DNA of 62,172 nucleotides, filler included, from Choristocarpus tenellus KU-1152 (GCA_964200185.2; 8 parts of 8 records of this genome joined end to end with filler, not necessarily neighbours in it); one strand, 5' to 3'. Counted from the whole stretch's first letter, positions 41,501 through 55,888 are shown. The notes: a model not told the origin generated them from the sequence alone. Numbers and translations are program-made.

Positions 41501-42439
41501 AGCTAGCTATATCAACTTACTACTGAGTACAGATCTCTTACTTCTTCAATATGGAAACTATACCACCATTGACTGATGCACAATAATAGGCATAATGTAT
41601 GTGTGGAAAATATCGTGCTCTGTATAGCCCCCTGTCTCACCTACACAAACGTATCACACTCGCTCACTTGAGAAATAACAATTAATGGTGGCCCTTCTAT
41701 CAACTGCACAGTTTAAAGTGAAATAAGAAGTTACATCCATGTGAAAACGTTGGAAGTCACATAGCATCCCCTGTCTACTTCATCAGCCCATCTTTTCTGC
41801 AGCCTACATCATGATGAATGGTGGCTGGTCATACGTGGGAACTATTTCAAGAAGCAAGGGGAGCTGACATAATGAATAGACAAGTACTACTGTATATTGT
41901 GTACTGCAGGTAGAAGAAGAGTGAGAAATGCCCATGCATACCTAATTGGAACACAAAACAAAATTAATGGTGTGGCATCCTACAGGACAAGACCACACAG
42001 GACGATGAAGGCACGTCTCCTGCTTGCACTCCAATATTTCTCCGAAGTAGTAGTGGTAGTACCATAAAGTACTTCAAAGAGCTCAGCAGTAACCTCGAGT
42101 TTTGTGATTACAAACGTTAGAAGGTTGTCTATGGAGGATCGAACATCGCGATTGTACACCTAAAAGGGATTACTACTACTAGCAGAAGCTCACAATAAAT
42201 TGCGTGTTCTAGGAAGGGTTTTGGGAGAAGTACTCGAAAGAATCGCTGGATGATACTGGTGTACTTGGAGCGGAAAACTAATGTTTCTATCCCTACCGTA
42301 ACTGTGCTGCTGTGTACTCTGAATTATCATACAATAATAATGAAATAGTTGAAGTTTCTAAGATTACTTGATCAGCGTGTGCGTGCCCCCTTTCCAAAAT
42401 AACTCAACCGAACAAGGGTGTCCACTGCAGGGGCCACAC

Positions 42440-43250
42440 CTTCACGTCTGATCATCAGTCCTGGATCATGGGCAAGTAAATGTACACGCAACTATCAGTA
42501 GTAAATTATTGATTAGAAAGAAGGTTAGTTACTGGCCCTTACAACAATAGCAGGAAGTTTCAACTGCACCGAACGATGTTCGTTCTAGTCCTCCAAGTCA
42601 CACAGATAGGCCCGATTTGGCACGCGAGTAACTCAGACTATCTGCGTTGACGCGAAACTACCTCTTCGTGATCTGGAGAACGCCCATTAACAACAAATAC
42701 TCCACCCTTGCGTGCTTACGCCTCCCAAAGGGAGCACGCAGGAGGAGGTGCGTAATCTCAAGAAGCAACGTTATGTGTTAAATGTTCTGCTGGGTACTTC
42801 GTAGGAAATCAAGACTACAACTACTACTCCAACGTAGCACTACTACTGTCGAAGAAAGGGAGGGCATCAACTGAACAGCGAAGTAACTTCTGGTACATAC
42901 TTGGCAACTTCTTCTCGTGTGGCCCGACGACAGAAGTTCGATCCTTTGCCAGAACATCGTCAGGAGCAGCTGCATTTTGAATTGGGAGCGGTGCTTTAGG
43001 CGACAACATTAATCCTGTGTGCCCAGAATCTGTCCCGTGCTTCGAGACAGAGTTCCGATATTGTGAAGATGAGGCTACCAATGGACTTACCTCACTGTGG
43101 GGGTTGCAGAGCCACATACAACAACAGAAGGACCTAGGCATACATAAACCATTTTTACCAACGGTGGAGGTCCATCAAAATACGAGGATCGTATTATTGT
43201 TTGGTATTTAGTTTGCCTTACCATCGGTTTCATAATATTACAGAAAAAAG
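42440..43250 (-). mobile_element. Decayed LTR retrotransposon RT-connection/RNase H remnant
   Basis: YRNSVSKH...LMLSPKAP, then VDA, then LRVHLLAH, in the order expected for YYR.FI..., DAS and R.YL.G. Very degenerate. Confidence 0.3.
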
Positions 43251-46200
43251 TATACTTTTGTTAGTACATAATACAAGGATTTTACTATCGTATGTACTAC
43301 CATTGAAGAATAACAGCCACAACAGAAGATCGGTATTAAAATCTTCGATATTTTGTCGACACATCATTTCACAACTTCTGTGAAACGTGTCAGGTAAAAG
43401 ACACGCGAATTGAAGTTTGGAAACATCTTTGCACATACCACACTACTGCTATGCGTCTTCTACTGTTGGAGGATTTTAGTAGGCGAATATCTGAGTGGAG
43501 TGTGAAGCCAACACTTTACTGAGTAGCTCCACGAGTCAACAGTCCAAGAGATGAAGTCCACAATCAAGGCAAAATACAATAACTCACAAAAAGTATGTAT
43601 GCTTACCTACATAATATATTATCAACATGTATTATTGGTGGAACAACACTAGTATTAGACATACAATAAATAATATATATTGTGTTTATGGTTGGATACA
43701 ATTTTACAATGGGGGGAGGATGTAAGGACAGTGGGAACACGTCTGAAGATGGCGATGGGGGAAGTGTGTATGTGAGCTTGTAGGGCACTGGCGAGCAAAA
43801 TTCAAACTTAGCAATGGAGAGGGGCTATGGAGAAGACCGATTGAAGAGAAATCGACGTTTAGGGAAAGGTATCAAATTCGTGTTGGAGGGAGGCTGTACT
43901 ATCCTGTCTGTCTGCGTGTATATCACAAAAACTTTGGATCAAGATTGAGGGGGGTTATTTGAGTCCAGCAGAAGATTTGAGGGAGGAGATGGCACGACTA
44001 ACGGTAGGAGTGCTGAACCCCAAATGGACGCAGTACAATTAGTTCTAAATTGCAACAGTCGGTTAGTAGATAGTATGAGAAGTAGTACAGTGAGTTGTCC
44101 CTTTGACCACAGTTCGGGATCATCCTCAGTCTAAAATGTGAAGCAAACAATTGTACTATTGTCAAAATAATATCAAACCAGTCGGTGACAACAAACTCTA
44201 GTGTTTGAAATGAAAACCAAATTAGAAATGGTTGGGTCATACAGAAGTGGGTGCATCATATCTAAAAGGGTCGTAAAATCAGATGTCAAGACAAAACCAA
44301 TAACTGAAATTAATAGTTATGGTCAGAATTGCCCCTCTCTATCACGAAATTCGCTCATCAGTGCCCTACATTCTCACATACATACTGCTTCAATCACCAA
44401 TTCCATGAGTGCTCACTCTGCCCTCACATCCTCCATCCAACGCAATTTTCGTACCTCAATGTCCGCAATAATATCAATTGACAACCAAGGTTCGACCTCT
44501 GGCGAGGTTTGAAGTGCATATTCATACATAAATTTATAATATATCATGCCCGGTTGTGTTTTCTTAAGAAACTATGCACTACTTAGTGATTGGTGCAGAT
44601 GCCGTTATTTGTATCAAAGCCCCCACCTGCCCCTCGGTCATGACACAGTATAAAGCATTCCACAACATACTTGACTATAAACGCAACGTTGTGCTTGCAA
44701 AAACCCCTCATGCCATGACAGGTAGCTGCCTCGTCAAACCAACAGGTAGGCAGGGTTGCACTTTTTTATGGATTCCGAGAAAGGCAAAACGATACCATTT
44801 TGTACCAATGCAGAAAGAATCTTTGCTGAATTTTGGTGTCATTTTGTGTGTAGAAAGATGGAAATCAATTTTGATTAACACTGTTGTGCACTGAAAGCAA
44901 TATAAAAGAGTGTATTGTACAGGGCAAGATGATTCAAACCTGCCTACCTCTCAGTTGTTTTGGCTCAGGTACCATCTACCCGTTGTGTGTAAGCTATGAT
45001 GAGAACTCTTTGCAAATACACAAGACCATGAATGACTGAATTCTGTCTTTACTCAACTGGTGATATCGCCAATGAAGTGGGTATCGATATTCCTTGCCCT
45101 TAATATGTACAGTCACGTGGAGTATATAGACTGCAACATCACTGCCATAGTGCTAGGTAGACAATGATATTCTTAAGGCTCTGGTCATTAGACAAGAAAA
45201 GCACATATAGTACTCGATACACCACGTATTTTAAGTAGTTTTGGTGTGTATTTAATTGTTAGTCTTGTGCAACAGTTTTCACTCACTGTGCCACTCCACC
45301 ACCAGATAGTAGGAATTAGTACCAAGCAGTCAGTGCTTGCAATTTTTGCTATGATGGGATTTGGACAACATACTGGAGTTGAACAAAGCTGGAAAGTATG
45401 GTTTTTGGGGGGAGCATTGGAAGAAGAGTGGTTACATCCGTCAAGATGCAGTTAGTCGTTGACAATCCAAACAAGGATTGCAAAGATTCCATTTTCTTGT
45501 CAAGGCTATTGCACCATAATAAGATGAGGAGTAGTTCCATCGAGAGAAAAAAAAGGGAGAAATTTCGATAACGTGTAAGGATTCGCCAACTTGTTGCACC
45601 TGTTACAAGACAATGTATTTCGTGAACCTTTCTGTGCTCACTCCTACTACTACCACTACTACATATTAGAAAGTACACACGCACACATATATGCTCTTCC
45701 ACTGCACATACATGCAATACGGCTGTATGTATTCTTCCAACAAATTATGTGTAACGTGTGTATGTATATGTCACGAAGAGGAATCTATGTGACAAGGAAG
45801 ATTGTGGTTGCCTGTTTGAGTGTATGTTGGGAAGCGAAATCTCCTCTCAAAAACATGACCCTGTGACCTTGTTTCACACAAGAAGAAAGACAACAAATCT
45901 AACTTGTCCTCTTTTGGACTTCTGAGCAGTGTATGGGTGCTCCCTCTCACAGCAATTCACGCTTGTGACCTACTCGATGCACACTAACACCACCAGCAAC
46001 TTGTATCATTCATAACGTGAGTGCATAAGATTAACAAGAACAGTCATGCCCATCCGTATCAGCTTAAGTGGTCTCTTCATAGGCTGCCAACCAATTCAAA
46101 CAAAGAAAATCTACTGAGTCTACAATGAGTGTGGCCTCAGAGTGATCCTTGTGACAGCTTTGGTGCCACATTGATGACGATTGTGGTGGAATGCGTAATG

Positions 46201-47004
46201 GCTTGCCCTCGGTTCCATTGGTTATGATACAGGTGTAATACTCATAATATCCAGTATCTTGATTTCCATTATTATTTTGATTGTTGCATGCTTCCATTAT
46301 ACAACAACAGGTGCGGCATGTATTTGTTGGTGTTACCATGTTGGTTGATTCAGAAAAGAAGGTCGGGTACCTAATATTAGGTGATTTCCATTTGAAGTTG
46401 CTGCTGCTACTATAATCATTATTCGGGTGAGTGAATGGAAGATTGATTGTGAGGTGATGGATATCCCAGTTTCATCCAATATTATTAAATAATGGATGAT
46501 AGGTCTACTAGTGTGCTGCACACAGACGTAGTAATGATCTACTGTTAATAATATATTGGTTTGCTTTCTCAGCACTCTGGCCCACTTCAGTTTGTCGGGC
46601 TAGTCGCAACATAAGGATAATAACGTTACTAAAGGGAAAATATCTCCCCTTTTTTGGTCCATTCCAAGAGTGATACTGATTCCAATCAGCAGAATTGAAG
46701 GAAGGAGGTAAAAAGACGAGATAAATAAGGTGCGATAGAGGTAAGCAATACCTTTCTTAATATCCCTATATTAACAAATCTGAGTGAGGTTTGCGATTTT
46801 ATTGTTCAAAACCCAATATATAGAAAATAGTGTGTATGGTGTGTATATATTGTTGTATTTGAACAGTGTGCATGCCTGAACAAGGATCAGCACTCCTTGG
46901 ACATGGGGCTGTCATCATTTGGAGTAGAAGGTCACTATTGCCAGGACTATACACGACACAATTTAGTTGTGGATCAATTAGGAAGACCTCTACGAAGCTG
47001 AAGA

Positions 47005-50000
47005 ATGACTTCTAACGGGGTAAGCTCTCCTCCCGCCTGAAAGTACCTACTAGTTGGCCCTAGACTCGTGCATCACCACAATCGGTCACATCATTCCACC
47101 TTGAAGTTTCTCGACACACTTTTCTCTGGTCATGGTGCTTCTCACGTATCCAATCATATCCTTAGGAGCCCAAGAAAGCGCGTCTATGGGGAGGGCGCTT
47201 CCGGACAGATACTGATCCAGTGATGGAGAAGTTTAACAACTCGATTCAGTTTGACAAGTGCATGTGGGCAGAGGACATTGCTGGTAGCAAGGCTTACGTC
47301 AAAGGACTGACACGAAGTGGCATTGTTTCGGACGAGGAAGCCCAGAAAATTTGCATGGGTTTGGACGAGGTTGGGGTCGAGTGGGCAGAGGACAGGTTCA
47401 AAATAGAGGTGAGGAAGGTCATGACTGTTTTAAACGACGAGTCTTGCGTTTGCTGCAGGATGACCATACGGCATTCCAAGTACAAATCTCTTGCATCACA
47501 GGGTGGCATCTGTGTGCTGCAGCATTCTTTGCTATGCTTCTTACTGCAGCGCAATACCTGCGCTAAAGTTGCTACCACAGAAACGTTTTCGTGTAGTACC
47601 AACATCCCTTCTCACCGTCATTACACAGTACTGTATTTCGAGGGCAAGGGGAAGGTAAGAGTAGGGCAGACACTGCACACAGAAAGGAATGCCGTCTTAT
47701 ATAATCGTACTTCATTTTCGGATAACCACTGATTCTCCGACCGCCCCAATGCTGTTTTGTAGGAAGGAGACGAGGACATCCACACCGCTAATGAAAGGCG
47801 CCTGACTGAAATAGTAGGGGATGTGGGGAAGAAATTGCATACGGGTCGCAGCCGCAATGACCAGGTGGTCACAGACACTCGCCTCTGGCTGAGGAAGCAA
47901 GCGGGGGTGGCAACCCAGGACATGACGACGCTGATCCAGGTGTGCTGCGAGGCAGCTGAGCAGCACATGGACGTACTTATGGCAGGGTAAGGAAGATTTC
48001 ATCAGGGAACGCGGGACTCGAATGTACCAATGAAGCATATTTTTTGCAATGCCTTGTTTTTCGTATGTTGCTATGAAGGATGCATCATCAAGCCTGAGTA
48101 CACGGGTACATTTTGCCCTGATCCTCAAAACGCGATCCTTAACGAGGAAAGTTTGGAGGTTGGGTAATGTCACGAGCAGGAATTCAATACCCACTCTTTT
48201 CTCTTGGGTTGAAAGTTTGTCTGGAATTCTGACCTCCTCGCCTTGTCAGCAAAGGGAGCACAATGCATAAACCTTCCAATCCATCCCAAACCTGATCAAG
48301 CATATATCCCTCTAAAGCTGGTTGCACAAGCCCTCGTTTTTGTTTTGCATGTCATTATCCAGTATTGAATCCTGACAAGCCCTTGATCTCATCGATAATC
48401 TCATTGGGACGGTGTTCCTCAGATATACTCACCTCCAGCCGGCCCAACCTGTGAGATTCAGCCACTGGCTTATGTCTCATGTGGCGGCTCTTCATCGTGA
48501 TTGCCAGGTGAGACTCTGGCCCTGATGATGGACAGATGGATAATTTCTTTGTTGATTAAGTCTTGGTGATCTCATTTCCTCACCCTGCTGTCCCTCCCAT
48601 AGGGATAGGGAGAGAGGAGGGCAGTAGGAGTCTTGAGCTGTCTGTAGCAGTTCTTGCATGTATTTGCCGTGTCTGAGGTTAGGAAGAGAGGGGTAAACGT
48701 GGGTTGTCCTAGAGTACGGTCAACTTGTGTCATCGGATAGGTTCTGAAACAATATTTGCTCGTATCATCTTATGGCATCTTTTTCAATAGAGTGAGCGGA
48801 TTAGCTGTTTTGAATAATATTGTAACAACATCACTGATGTGCCAAGTGAAAAAAATACTGGAGTGTGGGATATATTGGTGAGGGCAGTGCAACACAAGGG
48901 GTGTGCAATTGAGGTTTCTATGAGATGGGCTTGGTCCCTATCAGATACCATGAGCGAGTGGTTGTTACTTCCATAGGAAGAGACTGAAGGCAAGGGCAAA
49001 GGCTCCTCGCCTTGTGTGTGTGATCAGCTTTGCCTAACTATTCCTCACTGTGAATTGAACTTCCCAAAGGAAGGTAGTGTACGGGTATAACACCCCTTAC
49101 CACAAGAGCGCTATTTTTCCTCTTCAATATTGCAGAGGTTGCAAGACTTGATTCCCAGGGTAAATACCCTCCCCCTGGGCTGTGGTGCGCTGGCTGGGCA
49201 TGCCTTTGGCATCGACCGAGCTTTTCTAAGGGATGAGCTGGGATTTACAAGCATTACCCTGAACAGTATGGTGAGTGAGCTATGGAGATCCTTCTGTGCA
49301 ATCCAAACAGCGGGGTTGATGTACCCTTATGACTGAATCCTGCATAAGACGAGCCTCTTTTTTCTCAGTATTTATCCTTCTAACTGTCCCCCACTGACTC
49401 TACTGTGGGGGATACAGCCCTTTTTATACAGTATACAGTATTTTTGTGTAGTTTATTTTCAACTTCGAGTGTGAATGAAACATCTTCTTTCTGAGCTCGT
49501 TCCCCTAGGTTACTTCATCAAACACAGCTCTGCCAAAAGTGAGGTTCAGGAATGCCGCGTCTCTTCTTCCTTTTGTGTGGGATGCCCTAGTGAGCAAACG
49601 TGGGTTATTATTATTTCACGAGGCTCTTTCTACGATTCTGATGCCACCAAAAAAAATGCACGCCCTCTCTGCAGCACTGTGCTCACCACAACACAATGTT
49701 TTGCTGAGCGCCTGGACCTATCTTTTGGCATGTGGATTTGCAGACCTCTATATCGCCTTGTGGGGGTGTAGCAGGAGGGGAGGTTCTGGGGGGAAGATTG
49801 ACTTGACTGGTTCCTCTTTTTGAGTCCTCCTTCACTTACCTCCTTTGTACTGGACTTCCTCTGTTTTGTATTCTCTATGTTCTTGTCCGTGCACTCCCTC
49901 AACCTCCTCCCATGTCTTTTCCCAGGATACAGTGTGTGACCGGGATTTTTGTGTGGAGTACATGTGGTGGGCTTCTCTTACCCTAACTCATTTGTCTCAG

Positions 50001-50759
50001 CTAGCGGAGGACCTCATCATCCTCAACTACACCAAGAGCGTTTCCCTGTCGGATGCCTACAGCACTGGCAGCTCCCTCATGCCCCAGAAGAAGAACCCCG
50101 ATGCACTGGAGCTGCTGCGGGGGAAGGCTGGCCGAATTATTGGGCACCTAACAGGATTCCTCACCACCCTTAAGGTTGGATGATTTGTTGTTTTGTTAGT
50201 GTTGGTTGCGTGTTGTGTTGGGATGTCTTGTTCTGCACAGTAGTGTATGTGCTCAAGCGTGTATGTTTTGTATTGGTCTATTTTCTATGACTCAACTCTT
50301 CTTTCTGGCCTAGGTCTTCCCCTCCAATGCAGAGAGCAGGACAGTACAGGCTGCTTTTGTTCTGGTAATGACTACATATCTGGAGATAAGAGTGCAGGTG
50401 CACTGTCTCACACTGTCCTTTTGTTGGAAGAAATGGGTTGGGGGGGAAGAAGACTGAACTTTGTGGTGTGTTTAGAGTCCCTCCTGGATTGTGGGATGTC
50501 AAGCCTAAGCAGTTTGCGCCTCCATCCCGTCCCCTCGCTCTCTTCAATGTGTTGATGTGTGCAGGGCCTCCCACGGACATACAATAAGGACCTTCAGGAG
50601 GATAAGGAGCCACTATTTGACACAGTGGAGACTGTTCACGACTGCCTCCGAATTGCTGCTGGGGTGGTAGCGACTATGACACCCAATGCGGAAAAGCTTA
50701 GTGAGCACCTGGTCCCAGAAATGCTGGCGACTGACCTAGCAGAGTACCTTGTGCGGAAG
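47005..50759 (+). CDS. ASL: Argininosuccinate lyase, 7 exons (47005-47019, 47166-47408, 47763-47986, 48423-48507, 49136-49270, 49926-50174, 50565-50759); 3' end lost at contig break
   Basis: Hand-spliced GT-AG exons stay in frame and give [48 protein letters not shown], the fumarase/ASL signature [14 protein letters not shown] and [10 protein letters not shown]. The 15-nt first exon (MTSNG|GTAAGC) is less certain. Confidence 0.97.
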
Positions 50760-51785
50760 GTAGGGGATTTGGCTGAGGAAGTTTGGATGAGAGGGGGGNN
50801 NNNNNNNNNNNNNNNNNNNNNNNNNNNNNNNNNNNNNNNNNNTTAATTAATTAANNNNNNNNNNNNNNNNNNNNNNNNNNNNNNNNNNNNNNNNNNNNGG
50901 GGGGGAGTAATCTGTGTTTTTTTTTTTACTTTTTCCTCTACAGGTTGGTCGCATGAATATCAAGAAAAAAAATTGTAATTTCGTGGCAACATACCAATAG
51001 GCTAATGTGGCTTACTTTTTAAGGTTAATGTCCATTTTAGGGTTAGTAGGGTTGGCTTTTTGTGGTGACTGTGGAAGGACCTGTGTTATATTATAGTGAG
51101 GATGCAATGGTCTTAGCAGTAGTAGCTTATGTCGTAATAATAACAATAATAATAATGTCTATTCTCTTATTGTTGTACTTGTTTTGGTCAAGAAGATATT
51201 AGTAGTAGTGTTGGATTGCAACCAGGATCAATGAATGGCCTCTGTGAAAAGTATTACGTGATTTATTTGATTGTCTCAATAGATGGTTAAGTTAATCTCG
51301 CCTGAGTTTTTTTTATTTTTACCTCCATTTTTTTTTTCAAGCGCTGATTACTTCAGAATAGTATCGACCGCAGTTATTAACCACATTATTATTATTGTTG
51401 TTGTTATTATCATTATTATTTTTATTTTTTTTGCAGGTTACTTGTCGGTGCTTTTTTTTCTTATAGAGTCAGAACTAGATCAAACGAGCGGGTACCCCCA
51501 ATTTTTTTTTTTTAATTTTTTAATTAAAAAAAATAGTTCAATCATACTATGTATCTATGTATCAAGTTTTTAAGTTTGGCTCGAGAACATTAATTTTTAT
51601 TTCTCTATTATTATTATTATTATTATTTCCGGCCCGATTCAGACGCTATCCTATACACAGTTGTGTAACAAAAAGAAAAAGATTAATTTGAACCTGTTTT
51701 TCAGCGCGATTGGAAGGCGTTTGTCACTCTTGATACCCCTCTCCCTTACCGTTATCCCAAAGTCGTGATTAATTGTGTCAACAGG

Positions 51786-51812
51786 TAGGGTTAGGGTTAG
51801 GGTTAGGGTAGG
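51786..51812 (+). repeat. Interstitial telomeric repeat (TTAGGG)n
   Basis: TAGGGTTAGGGTTAGGGTTAGGGTAGG. Other short tracts lie near 11513, 31352, 31776, 52136 and 55012. Confidence 0.85.
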
Positions 51813-51882
51813 ATTAGTGGCGGTCTGTCTCCAAAGAGTTGCCTGAAAGGTATTGGTGCTGATAAAGGAATGTTCTGCTGTA

Positions 51883-52172
51883 GAGTGAAAAGTATCTTAT
51901 TAAGAGAGGGTACGAGTTTTGCCCTTTTTGTCCATTTGGGGCTTGGGGCTTCCCACGTTTTTTTTGTTGTTATGATGTTATAACTGTTCCAAAGTGTTTC
52001 AGAGTAGGTAAGATGTATACTTCATGAAAGGTTGTGTCCAAAACATGGATATTGACACTTGCTAACAGACACGATAGCCATAATTACATCAAAATCGTTG
52101 CATTGGATTTTGGACCCCAAACGGACGTGGCTCTACCCTAACCCTAACCCTAACCCTAACATACTCTCACTC
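51883..52172. mobile_element. MITE family A, with (CCCTAA)4 inside the right TIR
   Basis: Colinear with the 22338 copy. The right end reads GGCTCTA(CCCTAA)4CATACTCTCACTC. Flanks TGTA/TGGT are an imperfect TSD. Confidence 0.85.
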
Positions 52173-52824
52173 TGGTACTTGGGTGATACTAAGTAACTTT
52201 GGCTACACTCTATCTAATGGAGAAAATAAGCATGTAGATTTTTTTTTGTAGAATATAGTGGTATCAATACATATGTAGTAGTACATTGGAGAAAAAAATC
52301 AGAACATTTTTTTGGGGGGGGGTTTCTTCTGCATGCTTTTATTCTACAGTTTCACTATTTGTCAACATCAGTTACTACACCAAGTAAGTGTTACTATTAC
52401 TATTTATTATTATTATTATTATTATTTCACAGATTCGGTAACATCAATTTGAAAGGGTATGTAATGACAGTGTTTAGAATTGGGGTTAAGAAAAAAAAGT
52501 GGTTTCTCTCTTTTGTTAATGCAAAGATTTTTTTTTTAAGTCTCCTCGCGTGTGATACAAACACGCCTCTCCAGTTCTCACAGAAACGTAATATCATAAG
52601 TATAGGCACGTAATAAATATAAACAGGAATTTTGCGTGTTTATATTTATATGTATATACATACATGTATTTTTATTTTTATTTTTTTTGAAGGGCAACGG
52701 TGTGTACCATACCACTCTTTGAACATACCATACCACTCTTTGAACAGTGATGCATGCTGCTTTGGGGGCAGGGCTGTTGAAGTGGGCTATCGGGGGAGGG
52801 GGGCGGTGTACCGTGCACTAGTAA

Positions 52825-53077
52825 TGGTTCATAATAGTTTAAATTAATGGTTCATAATAGGTCATAATAGTTTAAATTAAGGGTTCATAATAGGTCATAA
52901 TAGTTTAAATTAAGGGTTCATAATAGGTCATAATAGTTTAAATTAAGGGTTCATAATAGGTCATAATAGTTTAGATTAAGGGTTCATAATAGGTCATAAT
53001 AGTTTAAATTAAGGGTTCATAATAGGTCATAATAGTTTAAATTAAGGGTTCATAATAGGTCATAATAGTTCAAATTA
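52825..53077. repeat. 33-bp minisatellite, 7 copies plus a partial copy
   Basis: Unit GGGTTCATAATAGGTCATAATAGTTTAAATTAA repeats head-to-tail with no spacers. Confidence 0.95.
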
Positions 53078-53808
53078 GGATGTTTTTATCAGGAGGCTGA
53101 CATGTCCCTCTTGTTGGGTTGGTTGGAGGTACTCTCGCCAGCATATAAGTTATTATTTTATGTTATTATATTATGTTGTCATTTTGCCAAGCACATTTTT
53201 TTTAATCCTCAAACAGTAAAAAAAATAGATATTTCATTTTGAATGTAGTTGCACTGTGTTGCTAGTGTTGGTAGAGTATCAATATAATGCAATATAGTTT
53301 TGTGTATCAGGTATGTATGTATATATGTATGTATGTATAGCACTAGTAGGTTTTTGCATTATGATCATGTTTTCAGTGAAGTCCTTGACCTTTCCTACTA
53401 TGAAGAGCATGTTTTTATATGTCTTTTTTGGGGGGGGAGGGGGTTGTGAGTGATGTTGTGAGTGATGTCGTGCAGGGGATATAATAAAATAAAACAGGAT
53501 AATAGTAATGGTGTACCAAGTATTAGTAGGGTAGTGTAGGTGCGCCCCTTTCCATTTACATCATGCATCACCTGCAAACAATATATAATGTAGAGCACCA
53601 GCAAAGTTAAGGATGGTATTTTTTTTAAATCTTATTGTAATTATTAGTATTTTTATGTATGTATTATTGTTATTTATTTTTTATTTATTGAAAAAATGTC
53701 CAAGTAAACATCAAATCGATCACAATCTTATTTTGTCCCCAAATTTGTAATGTATATATTTGTAATGCATTTATTTGTATGTATTTTGTTTGTTTTTTAT
53801 TGATAAAG

Positions 53809-53934
53809 GTTCATCGCGAATTCCGCAAGCCTCTCATTGTCGTGGCCCCCAAGAAACTTCTGCGCCTCAAGTCTGCTTGTTCATCAATGGACGACATGGG
53901 ACCAGGAACACTCTTCCATCGTGTGTACCCTGAG
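53809..53934 (+). CDS. OGDH: 2-oxoglutarate dehydrogenase E1, single internal exon (C-terminal region)
   Basis: AAG acceptor and GTGAGC donor bound a 126-nt phase-0 exon: [42 protein letters not shown], matching the OGDH/SucA motif R.FRKPLIV..PK.LLR. Confidence 0.92.
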
Positions 53935-54123
53935 GTGAGCAATGGGGGGTTGAGGGGTCGGGGGGGGGGGGGGGGGGGGGGGGTTTTTTTTTTTTTTTTT
54001 TTTTTTTGTTTGGTGGGTGGTGGGGGGGGGTGGAAGCACAGGAAAAGAACAANNNNNNNNNNGGCGGCGGGGCAAAAGCGCTACGCCGGCGGGGGGGGGC
54101 GGGGGGGGGGGCGGGGGGGGGGT

Positions 54124-54154
<31 letters not shown>

Positions 54155-54774
54155 GGACATTTTTTTTAATTTTTTTAATATGTTGTTGGGGATGGTATGG
54201 GACAGTTTATGTTATTTGTGTTTTGTGTGTTGGAACGTCAAGAGACGGTCTCCTGAAATACAGATCATGATATAGCACATCAATACATACATATTTGGCA
54301 AGGGGAGTAGGGGATGTATTATATATATGTGTGTGTGTGTGCATTGAAATAATTTAAATTTTATTGTTCTTGTTTGTTTGTGCCGTGTGCTTGAGGGAAG
54401 AGGATGCTTATGAGGCTCCGCTGCCGATCTCACCCGGGTTTTTTTTTTATTGGGTTGGCATCGACATGAACCAACTGACGAGTGTGTTGTTGGTATTTTT
54501 ATTTTATTTTTACTCTTCTGTATCTCATTTGCACATCTCATATGCATCTCATCTGTATCTCACATGCATCTCATGTGCATCTCCCCTTCTTGTGCACTGT
54601 GTACACCTCCTTGAATTTGTTGATATCTACTCGTGGATGTTGTCTTTGATGTGTGTGTGTATTGACTTGACCTTTTCGTTTCTTGGATGTTAGATATCAT
54701 GTTGTCTTGATATCTTTCTTCATCATAGCCTACAGTAACGGCAACGCTTTGATGACTAACATTATGTTTATCTA

Positions 54775-54822
<48 letters not shown>

Positions 54823-55888
54823 NNNNNNNNNTTTTTTTTTTTTTTTTTTTTTCTTTAAAACCCTACTCTAGCGGGCCCGTTTTGTGTTAAAACTTTTTTT
54901 TTTCTTTCCCCCCCCCCCCCCCCCCTGCCCCGCCCGCCCCCTTCGTAAGGGTGCAAGACGGGCAATACTGAAAAGGGTTAATTCGTGTGTATTCAGTGGG
55001 ATAGTAGGAGAATAGGGTTAGGGTTAGGGTATTGTATGCTACCGGTGCTGTGTGTTTTTTGTTTTTTTGTCTGTTTATCTCTTCAACACTCTATGGGTTG
55101 GATGTTGAGTTAGTCAAACCCGTGTCATCATTTTCTCAGATTTTGCTGAAGTGTGTATATGTGGGCAGGGGGGAGGGAGGAGGTTCGTAGGATGTACGGT
55201 AAATCAGTACATGTATCCTTGGCACAACTCTCCATTGGGATTTGTTTGTGAACATGCATTTGGGGGTGGTGATAAATATTCCCCCTGCTCTTTTACAGGT
55301 TTTGAACCGGGGTGGCCTCTTAGTTGTCCTGTCGTTGTACCCGCCAGACCCTGTGTACGACATGGAAGGCGTGTGTCTAGTGGTAGAATTTCATCATACT
55401 CTTTGCTTGTGTATAATATATATATATACATGTATATATACATATATAGAGAGTATGTTTTGACATGAATGTTTGGAGAGCCTTGTCGGAAGGAAGTGTG
55501 CCCTTTTAATGAATGTGGAGGTGTATCAATGTGTATCCATGTGTAACAATGTGTATCGCCTAGTGTGCGTCTGCGTGCGTTTGGAAGTAGTTCTTCTTCT
55601 TGTCCGTTCAGCGTATAGAGTGTGACCCTCCTATTTTCCTCTTTGCTTGCACCTTGACAAAATAACAGTCCGAAAATATAAAAGAGAGATGAGTTTTCAT
55701 CTGTACATTTTTTTTTTCCTTAAGAATATATTTTTTTTGCGTGTTTTACGGTTTGGTGATGCTTGTATATATATTGTATATACTAGTACTCTAGTATTGA
55801 GTGTAAAGCTGACATATCTTCCTTCCCACGCACACACACATACACACACACATGCACCCCCCCCCCCCCCCCCCCCCCCCCCACAAAA

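Noticed and set aside
44574-46330. Copia-type integrase remnant (KVWFLG, NVFRE)
   Set aside because: Only two weak short motifs.
52825-53077. 33-bp repeat array as CRISPR
   Set aside because: Units are directly adjacent with no unique spacers, there are no cas genes, and the context is eukaryotic and non-coding.
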